Shown: positions 31,539-39,169 of the stretch, in pieces | Numbering within the stretch: the stretch's first letter is position 1 | Layout of the letters: every line of letters starts with the position of its first letter | Source of the DNA: Smithella sp. PtaU1.Bin162 | Lineage (GTDB): Bacteria > Desulfobacterota > Syntrophia > Syntrophales > Smithellaceae | Length of the DNA stretch: 64,000 nucleotides | Direction of reading: 5' to 3' | Assembly (NCBI GenBank): GCA_002068015.1 | Contig: MVRV01000039.1 | Location: 755 to 64,754 of the forward strand | Translations under genes and position numbers: made by a program | The notes under the pieces: generated by a model | Databases searched by the model: none | Seen by the model: the letters and a program-made list of their open reading frames with translations, nothing else | Told to the model about the DNA's origin: nothing

Positions 31539-31569
31539 TTGAATAAGTCCAATAGTTGGAAAATAATTA

Positions 31570-31598
31570 TTGACAATAATGTTACGAGGCAATACATT
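31570..31598 (+). promoter_or_regulatory. Candidate sigma70 promoter of the arsR-acr3 operon
   Basis: TTGACA (31570-31575), a 17-nt spacer, then TACATT (31593-31598). AATGT-N11-ACATT dyad within the spacer/-10 region. Confidence 0.45.
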
Positions 31599-31627
31599 CC
31601 TAAAAAAGAATATAAGGAATTGGCCAT

Positions 31628-31975
31628 ATGGATAAATTTATTAAAGTAATGAAAGCATTGTCTGATCCAAATCGGGTTAGATTGATAAAGATATTGCAGA
31701 AAAGAGCACTATGCGTTTGTGAAATACAGGCTCTGTTTGAGATGGCTCAGCCGACCGTATCCAAGCACATGAAGTTAATGGAACAGGCAGGATTGGTAAA
31801 AGGAAATAAAGATGGCCTATGGGTGAATTATACGGCCGCTCACGGAAGCGATAATCCCTATGCGGCTAGTATTTTGGGCAATCTCCAACATTGGTTATCA
31901 GATGATGTAGTGTTTAAAAAAATGGAGAAAAAATTGCCGGAAATTAAAAGGGAAAATATTTGTAAGAAAAGCTAG
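31628..31975 (+). CDS. arsR: ArsR/SmtB family repressor with the canonical CVC metalloid site
   Basis: ALSDPNRVRLIKIL..RALCVCEIQALF..PTVSKHMKLMEQAGLV. The LCVCE motif matches the As(III)-binding ELCVCDL-type site. Confidence 0.88.
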   Translation: MDKFIKVMKALSDPNRVRLIKILQKRALCVCEIQALFEMAQPTVSKHMKLMEQAGLVKGNKDGLWVNYTAAHGSDNPYAASILGNLQHWLSDDVVFKKMEKKLPEIKRENICKKS

Positions 31976-32015
31976 AATATTCTAATATTGTAATATAGCA
32001 AGGGGATTTGCGCAA

Positions 32016-32519
32016 ATGGATAATAAGACCATGCAGATTCAGGTGGGAGGCCGACTGACGGGCGTGGTCGGTCTGGAAAGTATACTTGCCGACGTTGCGC
32101 AATGGGCAAAAGGGAAAGAAGAAGCGGAAATCATGGTGGAGCTTCTCAGGCAAGTCGAAGTACGAAACTATATTCCTTCAAAAATTAACGAAATTTATGG
32201 GAAAGCCTTGTTGCGCGAATATAAAAAGTATTTGGGTGAAGCCGTCGAAGAAGAGGCAGTTGCCGGTTTGCAGGTTGTGATATTGGGGCCGGGTTGCGTC
32301 CAGTGCTCGTCTTTGGAATTACGCCTGCGGGATGTTATGGCCGAAATGAATCTGGCCGGCGATTTGACGCATATTACCGACGCGAATGATATCGCCCGAT
32401 ATGGTGTCATGGGAACTCCCGCGCTGATCATCAACGGAAAGGTCGTTGCCGTGGGCATTGTCCCGGAGAAGAAAAAAATCCAAGCCTGGCTCTCGGATGC
32501 CGTTGCGAAAATGGCGTAA
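32016..32519 (+). CDS. Thioredoxin-family protein: unknown N-terminal domain fused to a Thioredoxin_3 / redox-active disulfide protein 2 domain
   Basis: C-terminal half GPGCVQC...YGVMGTPALIINGKVV matches the small Trx-like family. I do not recognise the Cys-free N-terminal 80 aa or so. Confidence 0.7.
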   Translation: MDNKTMQIQVGGRLTGVVGLESILADVAQWAKGKEEAEIMVELLRQVEVRNYIPSKINEIYGKALLREYKKYLGEAVEEEAVAGLQVVILGPGCVQCSSLELRLRDVMAEMNLAGDLTHITDANDIARYGVMGTPALIINGKVVAVGIVPEKKKIQAWLSDAVAKMA

Positions 32520-32588
32520 TATCATGTTTCACGAATCATTATAGATACGCCGAAGTTAATATGACATGAAATCAGAAAGGAATTCATT

Positions 32589-33716
32589 ATGACAAAAAAA
32601 GCCCCGAAAATTTCAGAGCAGAATCTGCCACAATCAGGACCGAAGCGTCTAAATGTGTTTGAACGTTACCTCACGGTCTGGGTGTTGATCTGCATGGTCA
32701 TTGGCGTTGCTTTGGGTAAATTCCTTCCTGAGATTACAGCATCGCTCAGTGCAATGGAATTCGGAAAAGGATCTCAGGTCAATGTGCCTATTGCTATTCT
32801 TATCTGGCTGATGATTTTCCCCATGATGCTGAAGATTGACTTTGGGTCTTTAGGCAGCATTGCGCGTAAGCCCAAGGGACTGTTGATTACATTATTCGTC
32901 AACTGGTTGATTAAGCCTTTCAGCATGGCATTTTTGGCATGGCTGTTCATTCAGAATATTTTTTCTCTCTGGATTGATCCGGAAACCGCTAAAAGTTATA
33001 CTGCCGGTCTCATTATTCTTGCAGCTGCGCCCTGCACTGCCATGGTGTTTGTGTGGTCATACCTGACTGACGGTGACCCGGCCTACACGCTGGTTCAAGT
33101 GGCGGTAAACGACCTTATCATGCTGGTTGCATTTGCGCCGATTGTCATGTTTCTTCTTGGTGTGGCTGATGTTGTTGTCCCTTCCAAAGTATTGATTACG
33201 TCTGTTGTTGTATTTATTGTGATACCCTTGGTGGCAGGATTCATCACCAGGACTGTTTTGCTGAAAAAATACGGTACCAATTGGTTTGAGACTAAATTCC
33301 TGTCCAAGTTTCATCCCGTGACTGTAATTGCACTGCTTCTGACGCTTTTGCTTATCTTTGCTTTTCAGGCGGAAAATCTTACGACCAAATGGATCGCGGT
33401 TATCCTGATTGCCATTCCCATTTTGATTCAGGTTTATTTTAACTCCAGCCTTACCTATCTGCTCATGCGGTTGTTTAAGGTTCAACACAATGTGGCGTCT
33501 CCGGGTGCACTTATAGGAGCCAGCAATTTTTTTGAGCTTGCAGTAGCCGTGGCAATTACGCTTTTCGGGCCGAGTTCCGGCGCGGCGCTGGCCTGCGTAG
33601 TAGGCGTGCTGGTGGAAGTGCCGGTGATGTTGTCGGTCTGTACAATCTGTAACCGATCACAGGGCTGGTATAATCGAACGTTCCCTGCAAAAACAATGAA
33701 TGTGTGTGAAAAATAG
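32589..33716 (+). CDS. acr3: Arsenite efflux transporter, ACR3 family
   Basis: LNVFERYLTVWVLICM N-terminus. Signature ILAAAPCTAMVFVW. About 10 TM helices. Confidence 0.92.
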   Translation: MTKKAPKISEQNLPQSGPKRLNVFERYLTVWVLICMVIGVALGKFLPEITASLSAMEFGKGSQVNVPIAILIWLMIFPMMLKIDFGSLGSIARKPKGLLITLFVNWLIKPFSMAFLAWLFIQNIFSLWIDPETAKSYTAGLIILAAAPCTAMVFVWSYLTDGDPAYTLVQVAVNDLIMLVAFAPIVMFLLGVADVVVPSKVLITSVVVFIVIPLVAGFITRTVLLKKYGTNWFETKFLSKFHPVTVIALLLTLLLIFAFQAENLTTKWIAVILIAIPILIQVYFNSSLTYLLMRLFKVQHNVASPGALIGASNFFELAVAVAITLFGPSSGAALACVVGVLVEVPVMLSVCTICNRSQGWYNRTFPAKTMNVCEK

Positions 33717-33881
33717 CAATTATGAAGATGTTAAAAATGAATAAACAGAGCGAAGATTTACAAAACGTTTGTGCCAATTCTCGGTCGAAGAAAGCTTTCA
33801 GAATGCTTGGCGGTCTTAAGGAAGGTAAGGGAGATTGCGCCGCAACGGCGGAAAAATATAAGGAAGAATGGGGAAAACATA

Positions 33882-34130
33882 ATGACGGATAAAGAAATAC
33901 TGATTTACGGCACCGATACTTGCCCTTTTTGCAAGCAGGCACGTGCGGCCTACGGGGACAGGGCTGTCTTTATCAATGTGGAGAAGGACGAAGCAAAACT
34001 AAGCGAAATGCTGGCCTTATCAGGCGGCAGAAGACAGGTGCCGGTGATTGTGGAAGACGATAAGGTGACGGTCGGGTTTGCAGGAGAGGTATCGCTCCGT
34101 GGCGGGATACCACTGTTCGGTGGTACCTGA
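33882..34130 (+). CDS. Glutaredoxin-like protein (CPFC active site)
   Basis: MTDKEILIYGTDTCPFCKQA...RRQVPVIVEDDKV is a Grx fold. Start chosen at the ATG at 33882. Confidence 0.8.
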   Translation: MTDKEILIYGTDTCPFCKQARAAYGDRAVFINVEKDEAKLSEMLALSGGRRQVPVIVEDDKVTVGFAGEVSLRGGIPLFGGT

Positions 34131-34187
34131 TCTGTATGAAGTCTCTCGTGCAGAGATTATAAAGAAATGACAGAAGGAGATAAAGTG

Positions 34188-34483
34188 ATGTTTGAAGTAA
34201 CAGAAGAAGCAAGCCGTATGTTGAAAGACTTTCTGACCAAGCAAAAAAGCACAAAAGCCATCCGAATTATGATGCAAACCGGCTGAGGCAGGCCCAAACT
34301 GGGCTTGGCTATGGATAAGCCGCAGGATAACGACGTTACATTTAAGGTTCAGGATATTACATATCTCGTTGAAAAAAAATATTTGATCAAGCCAAACCGA
34401 TTAAGATCGATTTCGTTAAGTCCTTTATGAGGTCGGGATTTCAACTGACGTCAAGCCTCCCTGCGGGAGGCGGGTGCTGTTGA
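34188..34483 (+). CDS. HesB/IscA-like selenoprotein candidate (in-frame TGA at 34284-34286; the reading frame must shift -1 in the A8 run at 34372-34379)
   Basis: Translation is MFEVTEEASRMLKDFLTKQKSTKAIRIMMQTG-U-GRPKLGLAMDKPQDNDVTFKVQDITYLVEKK, then in the -1 frame IFDQAKPIKIDFVKSFMRSGFQLTSSLPAGGGCC. It aligns by eye with IscA: SGCSG matches TGUGR and LDFVKEG..GF matches IDFVKSF..GF. AAGGAGA Shine-Dalgarno sequence upstream. Not in the ORF track because of the TGA. Confidence 0.6.
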
Positions 34484-34735
34484 AACGGTTTTATGCGTAG
34501 GTTCTATTTCTAAAAACTCCAATTCCAAAAATGAAGCGCATAACTTGATAACCTGAATTTCACACGAGGTCACAAGTCGGAATTGGTTATTCGAATTGCC
34601 CCTTATAAGCGCGGATATAATTACCAGCAGCTTGCTGGTAAATCTATTTCCGAAGCGTGCGTTGGGATTTATACCAGCGATTCAGAGGCGCCGGACAGTC
34701 ATGACTGGTGCCATTTAATTTTTAAAAAAAAGTGA

Positions 34736-34772
34736 TTGACAGGTAATGGCTATTTGGCTAAATGACCAAATA
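34736..34772 (+). promoter_or_regulatory. Candidate promoter and ArsR operator of the second ArsR operon
   Basis: TTGACA (34736-34741). Dyad TATTTGG-N8-CCAAATA (34751-34757 and 34766-34772) overlaps the likely -10 (TAAATG, 34759-34764). Confidence 0.45.
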
Positions 34773-34791
34773 GCATAAAGGATAAAAACAG

Positions 34792-35124
34792 ATGGAAAGT
34801 TACGTAAAGCCTCAGCATGAGGCGCGGGCAAAAATTATCAAGGCCATGGCACACCCCAGCCGGCTGTTTATTATTGAGGAACTAAGTAAACATGAACGTT
34901 GCGTGGGAGAGCTGACGGAAATGATCGGATCCGATGCTTCGACCGTGTCCAAACATTTGAGTGTTTTGAAGAATGCGGGCCTGGTGACCGATGAGAAACG
35001 GGGGAATTCCATTTACTACAGCCTGCGCGTTCCTTGCATCATGCAATTTATGGGATGTGTGGAGGATGTGTTGTCCGCCAATGCGAAACAACACAATGCG
35101 ATTTTAAAATGCTGTAAGGGCTGA
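34792..35124 (+). CDS. ArsR/SmtB family regulator with C-terminal Cys cluster (CVG instead of CVC; C-terminal KCCKG)
   Basis: AMAHPSRLFIIEELSKHERCVGELTEM..STVSKHLSVLKNAGLV. C-terminal VPCIMQFMGC...ILKCCKG. Confidence 0.88.
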   Translation: MESYVKPQHEARAKIIKAMAHPSRLFIIEELSKHERCVGELTEMIGSDASTVSKHLSVLKNAGLVTDEKRGNSIYYSLRVPCIMQFMGCVEDVLSANAKQHNAILKCCKG

Positions 35125-35228
35125 GCGGCGGGCTGATGTATTGGTGCGTAAAAATAAAAAAATAGTTGCAATAAGCGTCTTGGAAAAAATAAGCAAATCA
35201 TTATCCTAAAAGTTAAGGAGAGATAAAT

Positions 35229-35465
35229 ATGAAAATAGAGATTCTGGGTGTGGGTTGTGCGAAGTGTCACAAATTGGAAGAGCTCGTTCGGGCGGTCGTT
35301 GGTGATACGGGAGTTAGTGCGGAAATCATCAAGGTCGAGGACATTAAAAAAATCATGGGATATGGCGTAATGACAACGCCGGCGCTGGTGATTGACGGCG
35401 AAGTCAGAATCGCCGGTAAGATGCCGACGACGGATCAAGTCAAAAGTTGGCTTACCGTCAAATAA
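35229..35465 (+). CDS. Small thioredoxin-like protein (redox-active disulfide protein 2 family)
   Basis: MKIEILGVGCAKCHKL...YGVMTTPALVIDGEV. 78 aa. Confidence 0.85.
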   Translation: MKIEILGVGCAKCHKLEELVRAVVGDTGVSAEIIKVEDIKKIMGYGVMTTPALVIDGEVRIAGKMPTTDQVKSWLTVK

Positions 35466-35527
35466 TTTTAGCAAAATGAATGATGAACTTAACGATACTG
35501 CAATTCTTTTAGAAAGGAGATTAATTT

Positions 35528-35944
35528 ATGGCTGAATGTTGTGGGTCTGGAACAAAATTAATTTATGCGTGTTCTGGTGCTGCAGATGTTGGCGAGATTG
35601 CCGACAGGGTAACGAGAAAACTGCGCAAAGAGGGAGATTTTCTGATGACATGTCTTGCTGGTATTGGTGCAGGATTATCAGGCTATGTCCAATCGGCAAA
35701 AGGCGCTGATGAAAATATCACTATTGACGGATGTCCGGTAGCCTGTGCGCGAAAAACACTGGAGAGGATAGGCGTAACGCCGACATCGTATATTTTAACA
35801 GATCTGGGACTTGTTAAGGGAGAAAGCCCCGTTTCGGAAAAAATAGTTGACCTGATGTGTGAAAAAATTAAAAAGGCCAAGGGTTCTAAAACGGTGCAGG
35901 AAAGAACAATAACCGGCGGCTGCGGTTGCGGCGGAAAATGCTAG
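35528..35944 (+). CDS. DGC-domain putative zinc/metal-binding protein
   Basis: ACSGAADVG..., IDGCPVACA (the DGC motif). N-terminal MAECCGSG and C-terminal GGCGCGGKC. Confidence 0.7.
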   Translation: MAECCGSGTKLIYACSGAADVGEIADRVTRKLRKEGDFLMTCLAGIGAGLSGYVQSAKGADENITIDGCPVACARKTLERIGVTPTSYILTDLGLVKGESPVSEKIVDLMCEKIKKAKGSKTVQERTITGGCGCGGKC

Positions 35945-36022
35945 ATACCTTTCGTAAATCAGGATTTGTGATCCAGAATTCAGGATAGCATCATCATGCA
36001 AATATTAAGGAGATTGTTACAC

Positions 36023-36445
36023 ATGAAATTGCGGTTAAAAGTAATGGGGATTTTAGTGTTACTGGCTGTATTTACACTTGTCCTTCTTTCGGCGAACTGC
36101 GGCAAAGCGCTTGCGCAGGATAAAACCGGCAAATCCACTGTCTCGAGGCCGTCCGTTTTTACGCCGCTGGTGACATTTGTTGAAATCGGTGCGGCCAGTT
36201 GTATTCCCTGTAAGGCCATGCAGCCGATCATGAAAGCTGTGGCAGAGGAATACAAGGGACAGGTCAAGGTTGTTTTTCACGATGTCTGGACGCAGCAAGG
36301 GAAGATTGATGCCGAAAAATATAATATTCGCGTGATTCCTACTCAGGTATTCCTCGATGTCAGCGGCAAGGAATACTACAGGCACGAAGGGTATTTCCCG
36401 AAAGAGCAGGTTGTTCAAGTTCTGAAAAAGGGAGGGGTTAAATAA
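36023..36445 (+). CDS. Secreted thioredoxin-fold protein (CIPC active site)
   Basis: Signal peptide MKLRLKVMGILVLLAVFTLVLLSA. Trx motif GAASCIPCKAM. AAGGAG Shine-Dalgarno sequence 8 nt before the ATG at 36023. Confidence 0.8.
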   Translation: MKLRLKVMGILVLLAVFTLVLLSANCGKALAQDKTGKSTVSRPSVFTPLVTFVEIGAASCIPCKAMQPIMKAVAEEYKGQVKVVFHDVWTQQGKIDAEKYNIRVIPTQVFLDVSGKEYYRHEGYFPKEQVVQVLKKGGVK

Positions 36446-37159
36446 ATGCTGGTTGACCTCTTTACCTCTCTCACTGCAGCCCTGACACAGTCACCTGGAA
36501 TCGCTATTGGCGCGGCGTTTGCCTGGGGCATACTATCGGTTATCCTTTCGCCCTGCCATATTGCGTGTATTCCCTTGATTGTGGGCTTCATCGACGGCCA
36601 GGGCGATATTACCACGCGACGGGCATTTGGTCTTTCACTTCTTTTCGGATTAGGGATTCTCATTACCATCGGCCTTATCGGCCTTATCACCGGCCTGGCG
36701 GGTCGGATGATGGGAGATATTGGAGGCTATGGAAATTATGTTGTAGCAATCGTCTTCTTTGCGATTGGTCTCAATTTACTGGGCATTTTGCCGCTGCCCT
36801 TTATGGAAGGTGGCGCGAATCCCAATTATAAAAGAAAAGGTTTTCTTGCGGCGTTTATTCTGGGGCTGATATTCGGCGTTGCCCTGGGGCCCTGCACATT
36901 TGCTTACATGGCGACGATGCTGGGCGTGGTGTTCAGTATGGCGGGAACGCAGTTGATGCTGGCGATGTTGATTCTGGCCGCGTTTGCTGTCGGCCACTGT
37001 TCGGTGCTGGTTTTTGCAGGCACTTTCACGGAAGTCGTGCAGCACTACCTGCACTGGAGTGAAAAGTCGAAGGGTGCCGTTATTTTAAAAAAGATATGCG
37101 GCGTACTGGTTATTTTAGGCGGTGTTTACTTAATTGCGCTGAATTTTATGCAAAGATAA
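36446..37159 (+). CDS. ccdA: CcdA/DsbD-family transmembrane thiol:disulfide electron transporter
   Basis: Six TM helices, with the two conserved Cys in LSPCHIACIPL and LGPCTFAYM. Confidence 0.85.
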   Translation: MLVDLFTSLTAALTQSPGIAIGAAFAWGILSVILSPCHIACIPLIVGFIDGQGDITTRRAFGLSLLFGLGILITIGLIGLITGLAGRMMGDIGGYGNYVVAIVFFAIGLNLLGILPLPFMEGGANPNYKRKGFLAAFILGLIFGVALGPCTFAYMATMLGVVFSMAGTQLMLAMLILAAFAVGHCSVLVFAGTFTEVVQHYLHWSEKSKGAVILKKICGVLVILGGVYLIALNFMQR

Positions 37160-37162
37160 CGG

Positions 37163-37329
37163 ATGAAAAGAATGGTTTTGTTCTTATGTACAGCCAATCC
37201 CTGCCGTTTGCAGATGGCCTAAGGTATTGCCAACTACTTTCGGGGCGACACAAGACCTTTTCTGCGGGAACTAAAGCTTCGTTTGTTAACTCGACGGCTG
37301 ATGATGGCTTTGAAGAAGTTCTGAAATAG
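37163..37329 (+). pseudogene. arsC: Decayed LMW-PTP-type arsenate reductase (arsC) remnant
   Basis: The ATG at 37163 gives MKRMVLFLCTANPCRLQMA-stop(TAA)-GIANYFRGD, which contains a CX5R P-loop as in ArsC (ICTGNSCRSQMAEG). A shifted frame continues ..FSAGTKASFVNSTADDGFEEV (compare [21 protein letters not shown]) and ends at 37329. Only about the first 60 codons remain. Confidence 0.5.
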
Positions 37330-37351
37330 TGCTGGATGAAGAGCATGGATT

Positions 37352-38395
37352 ATGACGGGCTTCACGACAATGATTAGAAAATATCGTCACATTCTCACCA
37401 TTGCGCTGGCGCTAGCCGGCATTGGGATCATGGCCTACTACGACTACTGCGATACGGCCTGCAGCTATCTCAGAGGCGATATCTGCGGCATTGATCTCAA
37501 GTGGGTGGGGATGGCGTTTATGGCGGCGGTGATTGTTTTTGCCGCGTTTAAACAGACTGCTTTTGTCCGGATGTTTCTGGCTGCCGGCCTGGGTGTGGAA
37601 GTGCATTTGTATGCCTTTCAGTTACAAAACGACGTCTATTGTCCGTTTTGTCTGGCCTTTTCGGTGCTACTGATTGCATCATTTGTCGTTAATTATGAAG
37701 TCCCCTCTGCGTGGCGGGGAGACCGTCGCCGGATGTGGCTCTATTTTCTCGGAGAGGTGAATTTTCCTATGTTTAAGATAAATAAGTTGCCCCTGTTACT
37801 GATCAGCGTGCTTGCCTACCTGTTAATTTTGGTGACGTTTAACGGATCAGTTACACCCGCCTACGGGCAGGAGCCGATAAAAGGCATTCCTGCACTGGGT
37901 AAAGGCCCCTATGAGATCATTATATTTGCCGACTACTTCTGCCCGCCTTGCCGCAGGATAGATACGAAAGCTGAACCTCTGTTTAAGGAAATATTGGTAA
38001 CTGGGCAAGTGCAGCTGGCATTTATTGATGTTCCTTTTGCCAGTGCGGCGCCTGTTTATGCCAAGTATTACCTTTATGCGGTCAATGCCGATCCGGGTGT
38101 AAACAATGTTTTTCACGTGCGCAGGGTACTTTTCAATGCGGCGCAGGATAAACGCATACAAAAGGAAAATGCTTTAATTGACTATCTTAAGGAGCAGAAT
38201 ATCAAATGGTTGGCTATGGATGAAAAGTCTGTTTTTCCGCTTCTCAGCGCTTCTATAAAAGAACATAAAGTTGACACTACGCCGACCTGTTTTATTAAAT
38301 ATTCTAAAGACAATGTTAAAAAATATGTTGGCGATGACAAGATATGGGAGGGCTTGACCCAATTCAAGGATCATCTGTTGACGCAGAAAAAATAG
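37352..38395 (+). CDS. VKOR-like membrane domain fused to a DsbA-like thioredoxin domain
   Basis: Loop cysteines YCDTACSYLRGDIC and an intramembrane CPFC fit a VKOR pattern. An extra TM helix is followed by a periplasmic domain with FADYFCPPC. Confidence 0.7.
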   Translation: MTGFTTMIRKYRHILTIALALAGIGIMAYYDYCDTACSYLRGDICGIDLKWVGMAFMAAVIVFAAFKQTAFVRMFLAAGLGVEVHLYAFQLQNDVYCPFCLAFSVLLIASFVVNYEVPSAWRGDRRRMWLYFLGEVNFPMFKINKLPLLLISVLAYLLILVTFNGSVTPAYGQEPIKGIPALGKGPYEIIIFADYFCPPCRRIDTKAEPLFKEILVTGQVQLAFIDVPFASAAPVYAKYYLYAVNADPGVNNVFHVRRVLFNAAQDKRIQKENALIDYLKEQNIKWLAMDEKSVFPLLSASIKEHKVDTTPTCFIKYSKDNVKKYVGDDKIWEGLTQFKDHLLTQKK

Positions 38396-38455
38396 TTGCG
38401 GCAAGATTTGAGGGAAATATCAAATATAAGATCATTGCTCGAGGATGGTGCTTTG

Positions 38456-39112
38456 ATGCAGGTTAACTGTTCTAAATTTATTTATGTTTTAGTAAATATG
38501 CTGTGCATCTTTATACTGTGCGCTGCGTTGACCCGTCCGACTCAAGCCGCCGAAAATGCACCTGTTTTCTCCTACGGTTCAGGTCCTTATGAGCTTATCG
38601 TTTTCTCGGATTATTTTTGTGCGCCCTGCCAGAAGATGGAAAAGGAATTGGACAAAATCATTTCCGGGATGATTGAGCGGGGAGGTGTCAGGGTCACTTT
38701 TGTTGATCTTCCCATATATAAGCTGACGCCGCTTTACGGTACTTATTTCTTGTATGTCTTAAATGCGGCACCAACTTACGCGGAAGCTTTGCGGGCCAGG
38801 CGCTTGCTGTTCGAAAAGGCTTCACGCATCGGCGCTATTACGGACAAACATTTGGAAACCGCCCTGCAGGCGGCAAACATACCTGTTAAGCCCTATGACA
38901 TTAAGCAATCTTTGGTCAGGTACAAAGATATGATCAGGAAGTATAAGATTCGTTCGACACCGACCTTCGTTTTCATCTATTCGTCAACAGACATCCGCAA
39001 ATATTCGAAAAGTGAAGCGATCAGGAAAGGAATGGTGGAACTGGCAAAGTCGATTGAAGAACGGGGAAATAATTCTTGTAAAAGCTGCAATTCGATGGAT
39101 ATTCCCCGATGA
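38456..39112 (+). CDS. Secreted DsbA-like thiol:disulfide oxidoreductase (paralog of the C-terminal domain of the preceding gene)
   Basis: Signal peptide, then GSGPYELIVFSDYFCAPC; compare GKGPYEIIIFADYFCPPC in the upstream gene. ATG at 38456 follows GAGGATGG. Confidence 0.75.
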   Translation: MQVNCSKFIYVLVNMLCIFILCAALTRPTQAAENAPVFSYGSGPYELIVFSDYFCAPCQKMEKELDKIISGMIERGGVRVTFVDLPIYKLTPLYGTYFLYVLNAAPTYAEALRARRLLFEKASRIGAITDKHLETALQAANIPVKPYDIKQSLVRYKDMIRKYKIRSTPTFVFIYSSTDIRKYSKSEAIRKGMVELAKSIEERGNNSCKSCNSMDIPR

Positions 39113-39169
39113 CCTGCACAGTGGCAAAAATAGTATTGATAAAAAATTGCAATATTAAGGAAATAAATT

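Noticed and set aside
34484-34735. Structured element or pseudogene in the 250-nt spacer after the HesB-like gene (palindrome accagca-gct-tgctggt, and a distant ccaattcc/ggaattgg pair)
   Set aside because: The minus strand has a long stop-free stretch but no start codon, no motif and no similarity to the other repeats in the window. There is not enough evidence to call anything.
37096-37329. 77-aa ORF from the track treated as a real gene
   Set aside because: Its first third is an alternative frame inside ccdA. The remainder is better explained as the shifted second fragment of the decayed arsC.
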